64,000 bases of DNA from a virus: positions 56,180 through 120,179 of IMG/VR virus record IMGVR_UViG_3300036773_000096; one strand, 5' to 3'. Position 1 is the stretch's first letter. Every line of letters begins with the position of its first letter. The notes under the pieces were generated by a model. It was not told the origin of the DNA. It saw only the letters and a list, made by a program, of their open reading frames with translations, and did not search any database. Both the position numbers and the translations under genes were made by a program. Positions 18,546 through 27,368 of the stretch are shown here, piece by piece.

Positions 18546-19886
18546 CTAAGCCGCAGCGGCCGGCGTGGCCACGATCTGACCCGCCGACACGGCCGCCACC
18601 GCCAGCACCACGCCCGCCGCGAGCACCAACGCCCCACTCGAAACACCCACCAGTGTCCCGGTCGGGACGGTCACCGCCAGCACCGCCGCGCCCGCGACCA
18701 CGGGTGGGGCCAGCGCGAGCGCCAGCGCGCCCGGCCAGGACAACTGCTGCCCCGGTGCCACCGCCACCTCGCCACCGAGCACCCGGTAACCCACCACGTC
18801 AGCCGGAACCGACACCTCGGGTATCGCCATCGGCTCACCCAGCTCCGGCGCACTGACCACTAGCGGGCCATCCGTTCGGGGAATCCCCGCCCGCAGCAAC
18901 CGGGTGGCCGCCTTCGGTGTGCCGCGCTGCGCCAAACCCACCGCGCGGGCCTTATCGGGGGCCGGTCTCGAGAAAAGCAGCGAACAGCGGCACCCGAACA
19001 CTTCCCGGCCACCGGCCGGCAGCACCATCGGGTCAGCGGGGAACCGCAGGCCGAACTCGCCCACCTGAAACTTCTCCCCCACGGGCCGGATCTGCCCGTC
19101 GGCCTCGACGTGGGTATGGCGGACCCGGTCATCGCGCCGCGACAGCCACTGAGTGTGGGTAACGCCCAGGGCTTTCGCCGCCCCCAGCGCGGCGTCGCCG
19201 GCCAGCGCCGTGGCCAGAGTGCGCCCGTTGATCAGCAGCCATCGGCCGCCGCGCTTGGTGGCCTCCATGACCCGGTCGATCGCCTCGGACAGGTTCCCCG
19301 CCGTGGAGTCGGCGGCCAGGATCTCCCGGCGGATGTCAACAGCGTGGCGTTCGTTGACTTCCAGCATCCGCCCCACTACCGAGTCGACCGCGCTGGAGAT
19401 CGCCGACCAGTCCAGTGCCGCGAGCCCCGTGTTCGGGCGCCCCAGGGACTTCGCGACAGCTGCGGAAGCGTCCGCCACGATCCGCAACCCCACCGGGCGT
19501 ACGGCGTCGGCGACCTCAGTGACCACCCGCTCGGGTAACACGTAGGACGCGTCGAGGGCTTTGACTTCGGTTCTATGTCCGTAAGAGGCCACTTCCCCTC
19601 GCCCTGATACCGATTTCACCCCATCGGACCAGAAGCGGGTGCCCTTGCGAGCCTTCGGGCCGCGCATCCGGGCCTCGACAACCGCCTCCAGCCGGTCGTT
19701 GTAGCCGCCGATCGCGGCATCCATCAACGCCACCGCCCGGTCGATGCGCGCCGCACCGTGATCGGCCAGCGCGGTGCGGATCGGGCCGGGCTCCGGATCG
19801 GGGAGAGCTTCGGAGATCATCGCGGCCTGGGCGGCCAACGCCGGAAGGGCGTCAGCGGCGAGCGGGTCGCCCCCCGCTCTGCTCAT
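18546..19886 (-). CDS. phage head morphogenesis protein (MuF/SPP1 gp7-like)
   Basis: WLSRRDDRVRHTH...ADGQ...F.VG...FPADP...GCRC motif; lies directly after the portal gene. Confidence 0.85.
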   Translation of the reverse strand: MSRAGGDPLAADALPALAAQAAMISEALPDPEPGPIRTALADHGAARIDRAVALMDAAIGGYNDRLEAVVEARMRGPKARKGTRFWSDGVKSVSGRGEVASYGHRTEVKALDASYVLPERVVTEVADAVRPVGLRIVADASAAVAKSLGRPNTGLAALDWSAISSAVDSVVGRMLEVNERHAVDIRREILAADSTAGNLSEAIDRVMEATKRGGRWLLINGRTLATALAGDAALGAAKALGVTHTQWLSRRDDRVRHTHVEADGQIRPVGEKFQVGEFGLRFPADPMVLPAGGREVFGCRCSLLFSRPAPDKARAVGLAQRGTPKAATRLLRAGIPRTDGPLVVSAPELGEPMAIPEVSVPADVVGYRVLGGEVAVAPGQQLSWPGALALALAPPVVAGAAVLAVTVPTGTLVGVSSGALVLAAGVVLAVAAVSAGQIVATPAAAA

Positions 19887-21525
19887 CCTCCAGGCTCTTG
19901 ACCTGAACTGGCGCGGCGTCGACCGCGCTACCCGGTGCGGTGCGATCAGCTTGGCCGATGGCCCGCTGGTTCGGTGGCCCCGCCGTCACCGCATCAGCCG
20001 GCGCGCCACTGTCCTGTCCAGGGCCTTCCAGGTCCGCGCTCGGGTCGACACCGAAGCCCGCCGGCAGCGTATTGGGCACCCCGGCACCGCCCGCGCCCCC
20101 AGCCGGTGCCATGCCGAGCTGCCCATTGCCGATGGGGGCGTTGCCGGCGGCGTGAGCGTCCCCGTCGTGGGCGGGCTGACCGTCGTCGATGGCCAGGCGC
20201 GCGGACGGGATCCACAGCACGCGGGTACCGGGGACGTTTATCGGATCGCGGTCGCACACCTCGCGGTACTCGTCGATGCTGATCGCGCCCCGGTCGAGGT
20301 CGGCCGCCGCCCGGTCCTCATCGGCGCGCTGATGCCGGCCCAGCACCCACACATCGGAAACGTCATGGGAGAGGTAGGTCTCATCGTCATAGCCGCCCGG
20401 TGACAGGACATCCAATTGCGCGTCCAATAGCCGGAACAATGGCAACATGCAATGCTCCCACGCTTTAGCGTAATCAGCATCAGCATTATCGAATGTTTGC
20501 CCCGACGCATCGGAGACAACGGACTCGGGCAGTCCGAACGCCACGCAGATCTCGCGTTTGGTCCGGTCCATGGTGTCGGCCCACTGAGTGTCCCGGGGTG
20601 TCCCGGACGTGTCCGTCCACGCCATGTCGTCGGCTTCGATGACGGTAGTGCGGGCATTGGAGACGTTCGGCCCCCCGTTGAACCGGGCGGCCAGCACGTC
20701 CTCATAGTTCGGGTCCAGGGGGCCCTTCACGGCCAGGATGCCGCCCGGCCGGCCGTCTTCGAGCATGAACCTGCGGTTGTACAGGCGCGCATATCGGTCG
20801 AGGTCTGCGGACAGGCCGGCGGCTTCCATGGGCGACATGCCGCGCTCGAACATCGTGGGGTGCGGGGAGCGCAGCCACACGATGCCGCTGGGCTGGTCCT
20901 CTGGAGAAGCGTTGGGATCGAACGGTGGCCGCCAATCCCACCGGGGGGAACCATTGGCTACCGCCGTGGTCACCCGGAACGACTCGATGGGAGTGACGAC
21001 ACCGATCTCATTCGGATCCTGCGGGTTCTTCTTCCGCCGCCCCGGCACGGGCAGAACCGCATCAGGATCCAGCAGGTAAACCGAGTGGATACCGCCGCCG
21101 CGTGTGCGGACCGCCTCGACGAACACCCCGCGTGAGGACAGCATGAACTGGGCGGTGAGACGGTGACGCCAAACCTGGGCGATCTCCCACTCATTGGCGC
21201 GGCGGTTCAGCCGGCGCAGGATCCGCTTCTGCTCCCGGTCCTGCTGGCCGGGGTCGATGATCTCCCCGTCGTTGGGGTTGTCGCGGCGCAGCACGATCTG
21301 TCTGGCGCGCTCATTGGCGGCGATGAACTCCACACACCGGAAGACATACGGGTTCCAGGAGTAGCCCTCACGCACCGCGCGGTCGGTGTCCCAGTCAACG
21401 GAGTAGGGCTGGCCGGGAACGATGTAGCCGCGTGGGCCGGTGACCACTCGGGAGTCCAGGCCGCCACCTTGACTGCCTGCTCCAGCGAAACGCGCGCGCA
21501 GGGCCGGCAGGAAGCGACGGGCCAC
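19852..21525 (-). CDS. portal protein (HK97 family)
   Basis: NPYVFRCVEFIA, GMSPMEAA, PGGILAV, ICVAFGLPESVV, ISIDEYRE; GGAGG RBS fits GTG 21525. Confidence 0.92.
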   Translation of the reverse strand: MARRFLPALRARFAGAGSQGGGLDSRVVTGPRGYIVPGQPYSVDWDTDRAVREGYSWNPYVFRCVEFIAANERARQIVLRRDNPNDGEIIDPGQQDREQKRILRRLNRRANEWEIAQVWRHRLTAQFMLSSRGVFVEAVRTRGGGIHSVYLLDPDAVLPVPGRRKKNPQDPNEIGVVTPIESFRVTTAVANGSPRWDWRPPFDPNASPEDQPSGIVWLRSPHPTMFERGMSPMEAAGLSADLDRYARLYNRRFMLEDGRPGGILAVKGPLDPNYEDVLAARFNGGPNVSNARTTVIEADDMAWTDTSGTPRDTQWADTMDRTKREICVAFGLPESVVSDASGQTFDNADADYAKAWEHCMLPLFRLLDAQLDVLSPGGYDDETYLSHDVSDVWVLGRHQRADEDRAAADLDRGAISIDEYREVCDRDPINVPGTRVLWIPSARLAIDDGQPAHDGDAHAAGNAPIGNGQLGMAPAGGAGGAGVPNTLPAGFGVDPSADLEGPGQDSGAPADAVTAGPPNQRAIGQADRTAPGSAVDAAPVQVKSLEDEQSGGRPARR

Positions 21526-21659
21526 AACCACCTCCGAAGATCGGACGGGTCAATGTAGCCACGCCGGGAGGCCCGGAACGCATCGACGCGCCGGGGATGG
21601 GAGGCCCGGCGCGTCGATAGGAGGGGTGATGCTGGCGGGTGGTGGTTCGCCAACGCCGA

Positions 21660-21863
21660 TTATACGGGTTTGTCCGCCGCGAATCCGATCAGTCCCGAAA
21701 GAGCGATCAGGACAGCACCGAACCACAGTCCGGCGATCGCCCATCCCCACAGTCCCCACAGGGACGCTCCGATCAAGACGGCCCCGATTACCCCCAGCCC
21801 CACGGCGGAGACATCCCGGATGATCTCCGGGTCGCGTGGGGTTGGGGGCGTCGGTTCGGTCAC
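21660..21863 (-). CDS. small 2-TM protein upstream of the portal gene
   Basis: Hydrophobic AVGLGVIGAVLIGASLWGLWGWAIAGLWFGAVLIAL; typical position before actinophage portals; start uncertain. Confidence 0.6.
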   Translation of the reverse strand: MTEPTPPTPRDPEIIRDVSAVGLGVIGAVLIGASLWGLWGWAIAGLWFGAVLIALSGLIGFAADKPV

Positions 21864-22100
21864 CGGGCCAGGACCACGATGTTGCGACGCGGGCGGCGCA
21901 GTAGCTCCCTGGAGGTTGGTGCTGTGTTTAGTGCCGTGATCATCCTCAGTAGCTCGGGCTTCAGGGGCAGATGGATGCTGACTCCACGGTGATTGGTCAA
22001 CCGCAGTACTCCGCAACCGAGCAGATTCCGGGCTCGGTGTCGTGCCATGGCCGTGCACCTCTCGTGATCTTTAGGTCGCTCACAGTTACAGCCCCCCTGA

Positions 22101-22137
22101 CATGCAAAAACCCCCGGAATTAACCGGGGGCCTTGCA
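22101..22137 (-). terminator. stem-loop ending the sigma-factor operon
   Basis: TGCAAAAACCCCCGG...CCGGGGGCCTTGCA imperfect inverted repeat; the minus strand has a T-run after the CCCCCGG stem. Confidence 0.55.
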
Positions 22138-22179
22138 TATGCAATTTACACGGAGCATTTGGTCAGTGAAACACGGACG

Positions 22180-22497
22180 TCACACCGAATCCGGCTCCTG
22201 CGCCCGCGCGTCGGCGCGCAAATCGTTGACCATCGAGTCCAGGGTCTCCTCCGCCCAGCGCAAGCTGCGCTGGGACGCCCGTAAGGCGTCAGTCACACCG
22301 TTCAGCGCAAGGGTCCGTCCAGGCAGGTCGGCGACGCACTGCGCCAGACGTTCGACGTGATCGTGTGCCACCTGCTCGGCAACCGCGTAGGCCACCTCGG
22401 TCTGCACCTCATGCAGAACTCGGATGCTCCCCTCGGCCCGCTGCCGGACGACGAAGTCGTCCTGCGCCTGGATCATGTCGTTCAACGATGACGTCAC
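22180..22497 (-). CDS. hypothetical helical protein
   Basis: 105 aa; GTGA overlap with the upstream gene. Confidence 0.55.
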   Translation of the reverse strand: MTSSLNDMIQAQDDFVVRQRAEGSIRVLHEVQTEVAYAVAEQVAHDHVERLAQCVADLPGRTLALNGVTDALRASQRSLRWAEETLDSMVNDLRADARAQEPDSV

Positions 22498-22787
22498 GCC
22501 GGCACCTCCATCTCTGCGGCTTCCCGCGCCGCGACAACCGCGTCGGTCCGCCGGGCCATGTGCTCGTACTCGACCACCTCGCCCAGCTTGTCGGCGACCT
22601 CAGTCATCAGCGTGTTGGCCAAGCGCAGCCGCTCGGCAACCCACTGCAACGTCTCAATGTGCTCCGGCAGGGCCAGAGCGGCCTCCTCTATTTCGTCGAT
22701 GTTGTCAATACGGTTGGCGTTGCCCCGCACCGCCATGCTGCGAGCCGTCCGAACGTGCCCCACGTGGATATCCCTCATAGTCGACAT
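22494..22787 (-). CDS. hypothetical helical protein
   Basis: 97 aa, directly downstream of the sigma gene. Confidence 0.55.
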   Translation of the reverse strand: MSTMRDIHVGHVRTARSMAVRGNANRIDNIDEIEEAALALPEHIETLQWVAERLRLANTLMTEVADKLGEVVEYEHMARRTDAVVAAREAAEMEVPA

Positions 22788-22822
22788 GCGACCACCACCA
22801 TTTCACTTATCGGGTCCGGTGA

Positions 22823-23539
22823 TCACCGGATCGTTTCGGGGAGCAGCTCGCCCAGCCGGCGCACCGCCCGGTGCTGCAAAGCCTTCACCGCCCCCGCGTT
22901 ATAGCCCTCACCCATCGCGGCGGCCGTCTGCGCGACCGTCAGCTCCAGGTCGAACCGCAAGTGCAGCACTTCCTGCTGGCCGGCGGTGAGCTGGCGCCGA
23001 GCCCGGTCCAGCGCGGTGCGCGCGTGGTCGAGGTAGACCACCCTGGTGGCCTCCTCGCTGGGATCAGCGTCCTCTGCGAGGCCGATCGCGAAGACCTGAC
23101 GGCGCATCTGCTTGCTGAATCCCACCGAGCGCATGTTCGCCGGGGCCGGCCAGGCGCTCTCACCCGTGTCGATCGCGTCACCTGAGGGCATCTCCAAGCG
23201 CTGGCGACTGGACTTCACGTGATCGAGGACGAGGTTGCGGGCGATGGTGACGAACCACGCGCCGACGTCACGGCCCTGGTAGTGCGCTGAGTCGATGCGC
23301 TTCAGCGCGCGGCAGAACGTCTCACTGGTGAGGTCTTCAGCGGTAGGCCGGTCCACGGTGCGGTAGAGGACGAAGCGGAACACCACGTCGACGTAGCGCT
23401 CGTAGAGCATGCCGAACGCGGCGGAGTCCCCACCCTGGGCGGAGGCGACGAGATCCCAGCAGTCCCCGCGCTCAACCTCGTCAGCGGAGCGCCGCTTGCG
23501 CATGCTGGAGCGGAAGTGCGGGACGACGGCGGTGCTCAT
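22823..23539 (-). CDS. ECF RNA polymerase sigma factor, BldN/SigD-like
   Basis: WDLVASAQGGDSAAFGMLYERY...AEDLTSETFCRAL...YQGRDVGAWFVTIARNLVLDHVKSSR and region 4 QQEVLHLRF...GAVKALQHRAVRRL closely recall Streptomyces BldN; ATG 23539 overlaps the upstream TGA. Confidence 0.88.
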   Translation of the reverse strand: MSTAVVPHFRSSMRKRRSADEVERGDCWDLVASAQGGDSAAFGMLYERYVDVVFRFVLYRTVDRPTAEDLTSETFCRALKRIDSAHYQGRDVGAWFVTIARNLVLDHVKSSRQRLEMPSGDAIDTGESAWPAPANMRSVGFSKQMRRQVFAIGLAEDADPSEEATRVVYLDHARTALDRARRQLTAGQQEVLHLRFDLELTVAQTAAAMGEGYNAGAVKALQHRAVRRLGELLPETIR

Positions 23540-23829
23540 GCGGTCGCCCCGAGCACCGCGTAGGCGGCTTCGACGCTGCACGGTGGGGTCATGTCGACCT
23601 CGTCGACGCCGTAGTGGGCGCAGCGGTCGAACGCGGCGGCGTTGGTGTGGTAGCCGCCGCACGCGGGGCAGTAGTGGTCGCGGCAGACGTAGTCGTCACC
23701 GTCGTCGGTGAGACCGGTGTAGCCGTCGGCGGTGACGGGGATTCCACCATCGCGGCGAATCTCGACGACGACGGTGGCGTTGCATACCTTGCACGGGCCC
23801 TGTTCGAGCAGGGTCTCTGAAGTCGACAC
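23536..23829 (-). CDS. Cys-rich (Zn-finger-like) hypothetical protein heading the sigma operon
   Basis: CKVC, CRDHYCPACG; GAGGGAGG RBS before GTG 23829. Confidence 0.6.
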   Translation of the reverse strand: MSTSETLLEQGPCKVCNATVVVEIRRDGGIPVTADGYTGLTDDGDDYVCRDHYCPACGGYHTNAAAFDRCAHYGVDEVDMTPPCSVEAAYAVLGATA

Positions 23830-23852
23830 AGCTATCCCTCCCTCTGGTGATA

Positions 23853-23904
23853 CCGGAACGAGGGCCAGTCTACTGGGTGAGTTCCGTAGCTGTCCAGCTG
23901 TCCG
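23853..23904 (-). promoter_or_regulatory. promoter TGGACA-N18-TAGACT-N7-GTTCCGG overlapped by a GCTGTCCAGCTGTCCG operator-like 16-mer
   Basis: Motifs read directly; the same 16-mer occurs at 25284-25299. Confidence 0.6.
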
Positions 23905-23925
23905 GACAGGTGCTACTGTGAGCGC

Positions 23926-24165
23926 ATGGCCCAACCATGCACTCGCACCTATGCGGATGACGTGACCGACGCGCTGACGTTGCTCGACGACGCGCAGCGG
24001 GAGATCAAAAACTGGCGCGCCCACCTGAATGCCCTAAGGGAAGACCCCAACCCTGGGCGCGCCCGGCAGGCCCAACGCTGCGGCGAGATCGTTGCGGCAG
24101 CAATCAACGCTGCGGTCTGTAACACGCGGGACGCGGTCGGCGATATAACCCGTATCAGCCACTGA
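23926..24165 (+). CDS. hypothetical protein divergent from the sigma operon
   Basis: 79-aa ORF; the real start may be GTG ~23962. Confidence 0.45.
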   Translation: MAQPCTRTYADDVTDALTLLDDAQREIKNWRAHLNALREDPNPGRARQAQRCGEIVAAAINAAVCNTRDAVGDITRISH

Positions 24166-24181
24166 CCGGAAGGACCCCGCC

Positions 24182-24352
24182 ATGAAGATCCGTTCCGCCC
24201 TCGCCGTGACCGCTGCCCTCGGTGGCGGTGCCGTGCTCACCGCCGCGCCCGCACTCGCCTGCGGTGACACTCCCGGCTTTTGCCCCAACCCGCCCACCAG
24301 CTCCAACCCGGACAACGGCGACTACGGCGTCGGAGTCGGCGGAGACTGGTAG
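24182..24352 (+). CDS. 56-aa secreted peptide (not in the ORF track)
   Basis: AAGGA RBS; MKIRSALAVTAALGGGAVLTAAPALA signal peptide with AxA site, then CGDTPGFCPNPPTSSNPDNGDYGVGVGGDW. Confidence 0.6.
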   Translation: MKIRSALAVTAALGGGAVLTAAPALACGDTPGFCPNPPTSSNPDNGDYGVGVGGDW

Positions 24353-24360
24353 ACAAGGAT

Positions 24361-24437
24361 TGGCCGCTAGCTCAACGGTAGAGCGGCTCGCACGGCGCCG
24401 TGCGGGGCGGCCCTGGGTTCGACTCCCAGGCGGCCAA
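24361..24437 (+). ncRNA. tRNA-like RNA / pseudo-tRNA lacking an anticodon loop
   Basis: 7-bp acceptor stem TGGCCGC/GCGGCCA, T8A9, D arm GCTC-AACGGTA-GAGC, T arm CTGGG-TTCGACT-CCCAG; the anticodon arm is a ~9-bp stem with a 4-nt loop; no encoded CCA. Confidence 0.7.
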
Positions 24438-24438
24438 C

Positions 24439-25269
24439 TCAGTGGATCGTGGTCTCGAAACTGAGCACGTAGCTCGATGCCTCGATCACCGCGATCGAAC
24501 ACTCCACCGGCCGGTCCCCCGCGTAGAACACGCGCATGATCTCCCCCACGGGCCCCACCACATCCATACCCAGAACCTGACGCTCACGCGGCGTCGGGGG
24601 GCGAACCCTGACCTCCTCTAAGACGCGGGACACCACGAGCCCCACGGAGTACAGCTCCGCCAGGGTTCCCCCCGGCCAGGGCTGCCGATCCGGGTCAGCG
24701 ACCGGGGTACCGGCCACTAGGTCTAAGGGAATCACTGACGTTTGCAGCTGCACCGTCACCCCGCGCACCTGCTTAATCAGCTCCCGCGCGAGCACCATCG
24801 CACCGGGCACCAGCTCCAGGCGCGCCGCGAAATCCTCACCGGCCGGCTCTTCGACGTAGTGGGCGAGCACGTTGTGCTCCGGCCACGCCACACCGTGATC
24901 CGTCGTGAACGCCGACGACAGCGGATGGCAGCCATCGTGGGCGCGGATCGCGTCCAGGGCCTCCTGGTATCGCTGCGTCGACATCCGGCGGACTTGCGGT
25001 GGGGTAGCCACTCGGGTGGGGCACCCCGAGCGCTTCACGATCCGGCCCTCAGCTACCAGGTCATCCATGGCGGTGCGCACCGTGGCGCGGGCAACGCCGG
25101 CCATTTCGGCGATCGCATGCTCACCGGGCAGGGTCTCACCTGCGGCAAGGGTGCCGTCGATGATCGCTCGACGTATCGCGTCGGCGACCTGACGGTGCAG
25201 CGGCGTGCCCACCTCGAAGCGGTTGACGCTCCGAAAGTGGACCCCAGTTAGTGGCACGCCACGAATCAT
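24439..25269 (-). CDS. GntR/HutC-family repressor (KorSA/TraR-like) with UTRA domain
   Basis: PLHRQVADAIRRAIIDGTLAAGETLPGE...VARATVRTAMDDLVAEGRI wHTH; UTRA-like C-terminus; divergent from the transfer genes as in Streptomyces plasmids/AICEs. Confidence 0.88.
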   Translation of the reverse strand: MIRGVPLTGVHFRSVNRFEVGTPLHRQVADAIRRAIIDGTLAAGETLPGEHAIAEMAGVARATVRTAMDDLVAEGRIVKRSGCPTRVATPPQVRRMSTQRYQEALDAIRAHDGCHPLSSAFTTDHGVAWPEHNVLAHYVEEPAGEDFAARLELVPGAMVLARELIKQVRGVTVQLQTSVIPLDLVAGTPVADPDRQPWPGGTLAELYSVGLVVSRVLEEVRVRPPTPRERQVLGMDVVGPVGEIMRVFYAGDRPVECSIAVIEASSYVLSFETTIH

Positions 25270-25275
25270 AGCCGA

Positions 25276-25316
25276 CCTGTCAGGCTGTCCAGCTGTCCGT
25301 ACACCCGGTGTACTGT
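25276..25316. promoter_or_regulatory. divergent kor/tra promoter region with 8-bp-period (G/C)CTGTC repeats (operator candidate) and a TACTGT -10
   Basis: CCTGTCAG-GCTGTCCA-GCTGTCCG direct repeats between the GntR gene and the first transfer gene. Confidence 0.55.
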
Positions 25317-25393
25317 GGTGAGACCACAAGACGTCGCCGGCCGGACGGGTGGAACGAACCCCGCCGGCCGGCGAAACCAACGAAGGGGGCGAC

Positions 25394-26230
25394 ATGGACG
25401 CAGACGCCAGGGCCCCCCTGTTCAACCGCTGGACGTGGGGCGCGGTCGGGCTCACCATCGCCCCGCTGATCCTCTGGGGCGCCGCCAGCGTGTTCCTGCT
25501 CGCCGTAGCGTGCGGCATTCCCGCCTACCTCGCGTGGATCCCGTCAGCGTCGACCACGGGCGTCATGCTCGTGTCGTCGATCTTCGCGATGACCGAAAGC
25601 CTCTCCGATGAGGTCCGCACCTACGCCCGCCGGATGGCCTACTCCGCGATCGGCCTGGACACCGTCGTGTCCGGCCTGCACCTCGCGCTGCCAGTGCACC
25701 TCAATCCCGCCGTGGGGTGGCTGGTGTTGATCGGCATGCTGCCCCCCCTGACTGGCGGCATCACCGGGCACATGATCGCCGCCGCTGTCCGTGAGCACCG
25801 CGCCACCGGCAAGGCGGCCGTCGCCGCCCAGCTCGCCGCCGAGCAAGCCCACCGCGACAGTGAGGCCGCCATCGCACGGGCGGAACGTCTCGCGACCATC
25901 GCCCGCGCCGAAGCCGACGCCAAACGCATCGCCGATGAGGCCGATGCCCGCAAGCGCGCCGCTGCGGCGGCCGTCGTCAACACGGCGCTGACCGGGCCGA
26001 CGCTAGTCCGCGCCCCCGCGCCGAAGCCCCCGGCCAGGCGCACCGCGAAGCCGACCTTGCGTGATGCGGCGGTCGCCGAGCTGGTCCGTCGTCACCGCGC
26101 CGGCCAGAACATCGCGGCCACGGTGGCCGCCGAGCTGGACATCGCGATCGGCGCCGGCAAGGGCTACTGCAAGAAGTTCCTGCCCGAAATCGTCGACCAC
26201 GTGCTCACCGCTGAAAGGAGGACCGCCTGA
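25394..26230 (+). CDS. Spd-like / DUF2637-like membrane spreading protein
   Basis: N-terminal multi-TM region, coiled coil and C-terminal helical domain; position between kor and traB; GAAGGGGG RBS. Confidence 0.65.
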   Translation: MDADARAPLFNRWTWGAVGLTIAPLILWGAASVFLLAVACGIPAYLAWIPSASTTGVMLVSSIFAMTESLSDEVRTYARRMAYSAIGLDTVVSGLHLALPVHLNPAVGWLVLIGMLPPLTGGITGHMIAAAVREHRATGKAAVAAQLAAEQAHRDSEAAIARAERLATIARAEADAKRIADEADARKRAAAAAVVNTALTGPTLVRAPAPKPPARRTAKPTLRDAAVAELVRRHRAGQNIAATVAAELDIAIGAGKGYCKKFLPEIVDHVLTAERRTA

Positions 26231-27345
26231 TGGCCACGAAGACGACGGCCCGGCCGAAGCCGAAGGTCACGCCGCTGCCGGGGCAGAAGCGCATCACACC
26301 TAAGCCCACCAACGCCCGCGAGCACACCGCTGAACGGATCAGCAAGTGGATGGGCAAGCGCGGGTGGACTAAGGCCGTGCGGGGTGTCTACCGCTACAGC
26401 GTGAAGAAGTCTGAGGCCCGCCGGGAGAACCGGCTCGCGCTGAAAGAGATGCGCGAGAGCGCGGTGCCGACGTGGCGCCAGCGCGTGGAGCACCGCCGCT
26501 CCCAGCGCACCGGGGGCGCGGGGCGGGGGCGGGCTAAGAACTACTGCGCTGGGTGCGGCAAGGCCATGTCGGCCGAAGAGTTGCGCACGCACGACTGCGG
26601 GCCGAAGCCCAAAGCGGCCAAGGCTACAGCGGCAACGGCGGCGACCCAGCCGGCGCCCGCAGCCCCGCCGGCACCAGTTGCGGCACCGCAAGCGCCGCAA
26701 GCTCCACCCGCTGCGCCCTCAGACACTCCGGCTACACCGGCACCGACTCGACGCCAACGGCTGAAGGACCGCCTGTCCGGCAAGGCGGAGATGCCCACGC
26801 AGCCAATCGTGGCGCCGGCCGGCGCGACGGTCACCCCGATCGCAGGATCCAAGCCCGCACCACCCCCGGCGACCGCAGGGGCGAACAACAACGAAGGGAG
26901 CCCCCAAATGGCATGGGGCAGCAAGTCAGGCAACGGCAACGGTGCAAGCGCAGCTGGCGGCGGAAGCTCTGGGGCGGCCAGTTCCGCCACGGTCGGGGCG
27001 ATGCTCACGCCGTGGACGGCGTGGGCACAGAACGTACCCAAGACCCACATTGAGATGGTCGCCGAGCTGGAGGCGATGAACCAGCTGATGGTGGCCATCG
27101 GGCAGACCATCCGGGAGCGCCAGGCCCGCATGATCAACATGGGCTCTGGCCCCAACGGGGAACAGATCGGCTTTCACCCCACCTGCGTCCAGCAGCTCAA
27201 CGGGGCCGCCGACCAGATCTCCGCTGCCGGCGCCTACTTCACGGCCACCCACGTGGCGATCACCGCGCACTACCAGGCGCTGATCCAGCACTACCAGGGC
27301 GGCACTCCCGATCCCGGCCGCCAGTACCTGTCCAACGCCAGCTAA
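26230..27345 (+). CDS. TraA-like Pro/Ala-rich protein upstream of TraB (possible internal start at 26908)
   Basis: Basic N-terminus, PA-rich linker, helical C-terminal domain; second RBS GAAGGGAG before ATG 26908. Confidence 0.6.
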   Translation: MATKTTARPKPKVTPLPGQKRITPKPTNAREHTAERISKWMGKRGWTKAVRGVYRYSVKKSEARRENRLALKEMRESAVPTWRQRVEHRRSQRTGGAGRGRAKNYCAGCGKAMSAEELRTHDCGPKPKAAKATAATAATQPAPAAPPAPVAAPQAPQAPPAAPSDTPATPAPTRRQRLKDRLSGKAEMPTQPIVAPAGATVTPIAGSKPAPPPATAGANNNEGSPQMAWGSKSGNGNGASAAGGGSSGAASSATVGAMLTPWTAWAQNVPKTHIEMVAELEAMNQLMVAIGQTIRERQARMINMGSGPNGEQIGFHPTCVQQLNGAADQISAAGAYFTATHVAITAHYQALIQHYQGGTPDPGRQYLSNAS

Positions 27346-27368
27346 TCAGACGAGAGGAGCACACCATC

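Noticed and set aside
21548-21580. BldN-type late promoter before the portal gene (CATTGA)
   Set aside because: No GTAAC at the proper spacing; a single weak match
24361-24437. Functional decoding tRNA or a definite attachment site
   Set aside because: No 7-nt anticodon loop and no CCA; no integrase and no second copy of its 3' half seen in the window
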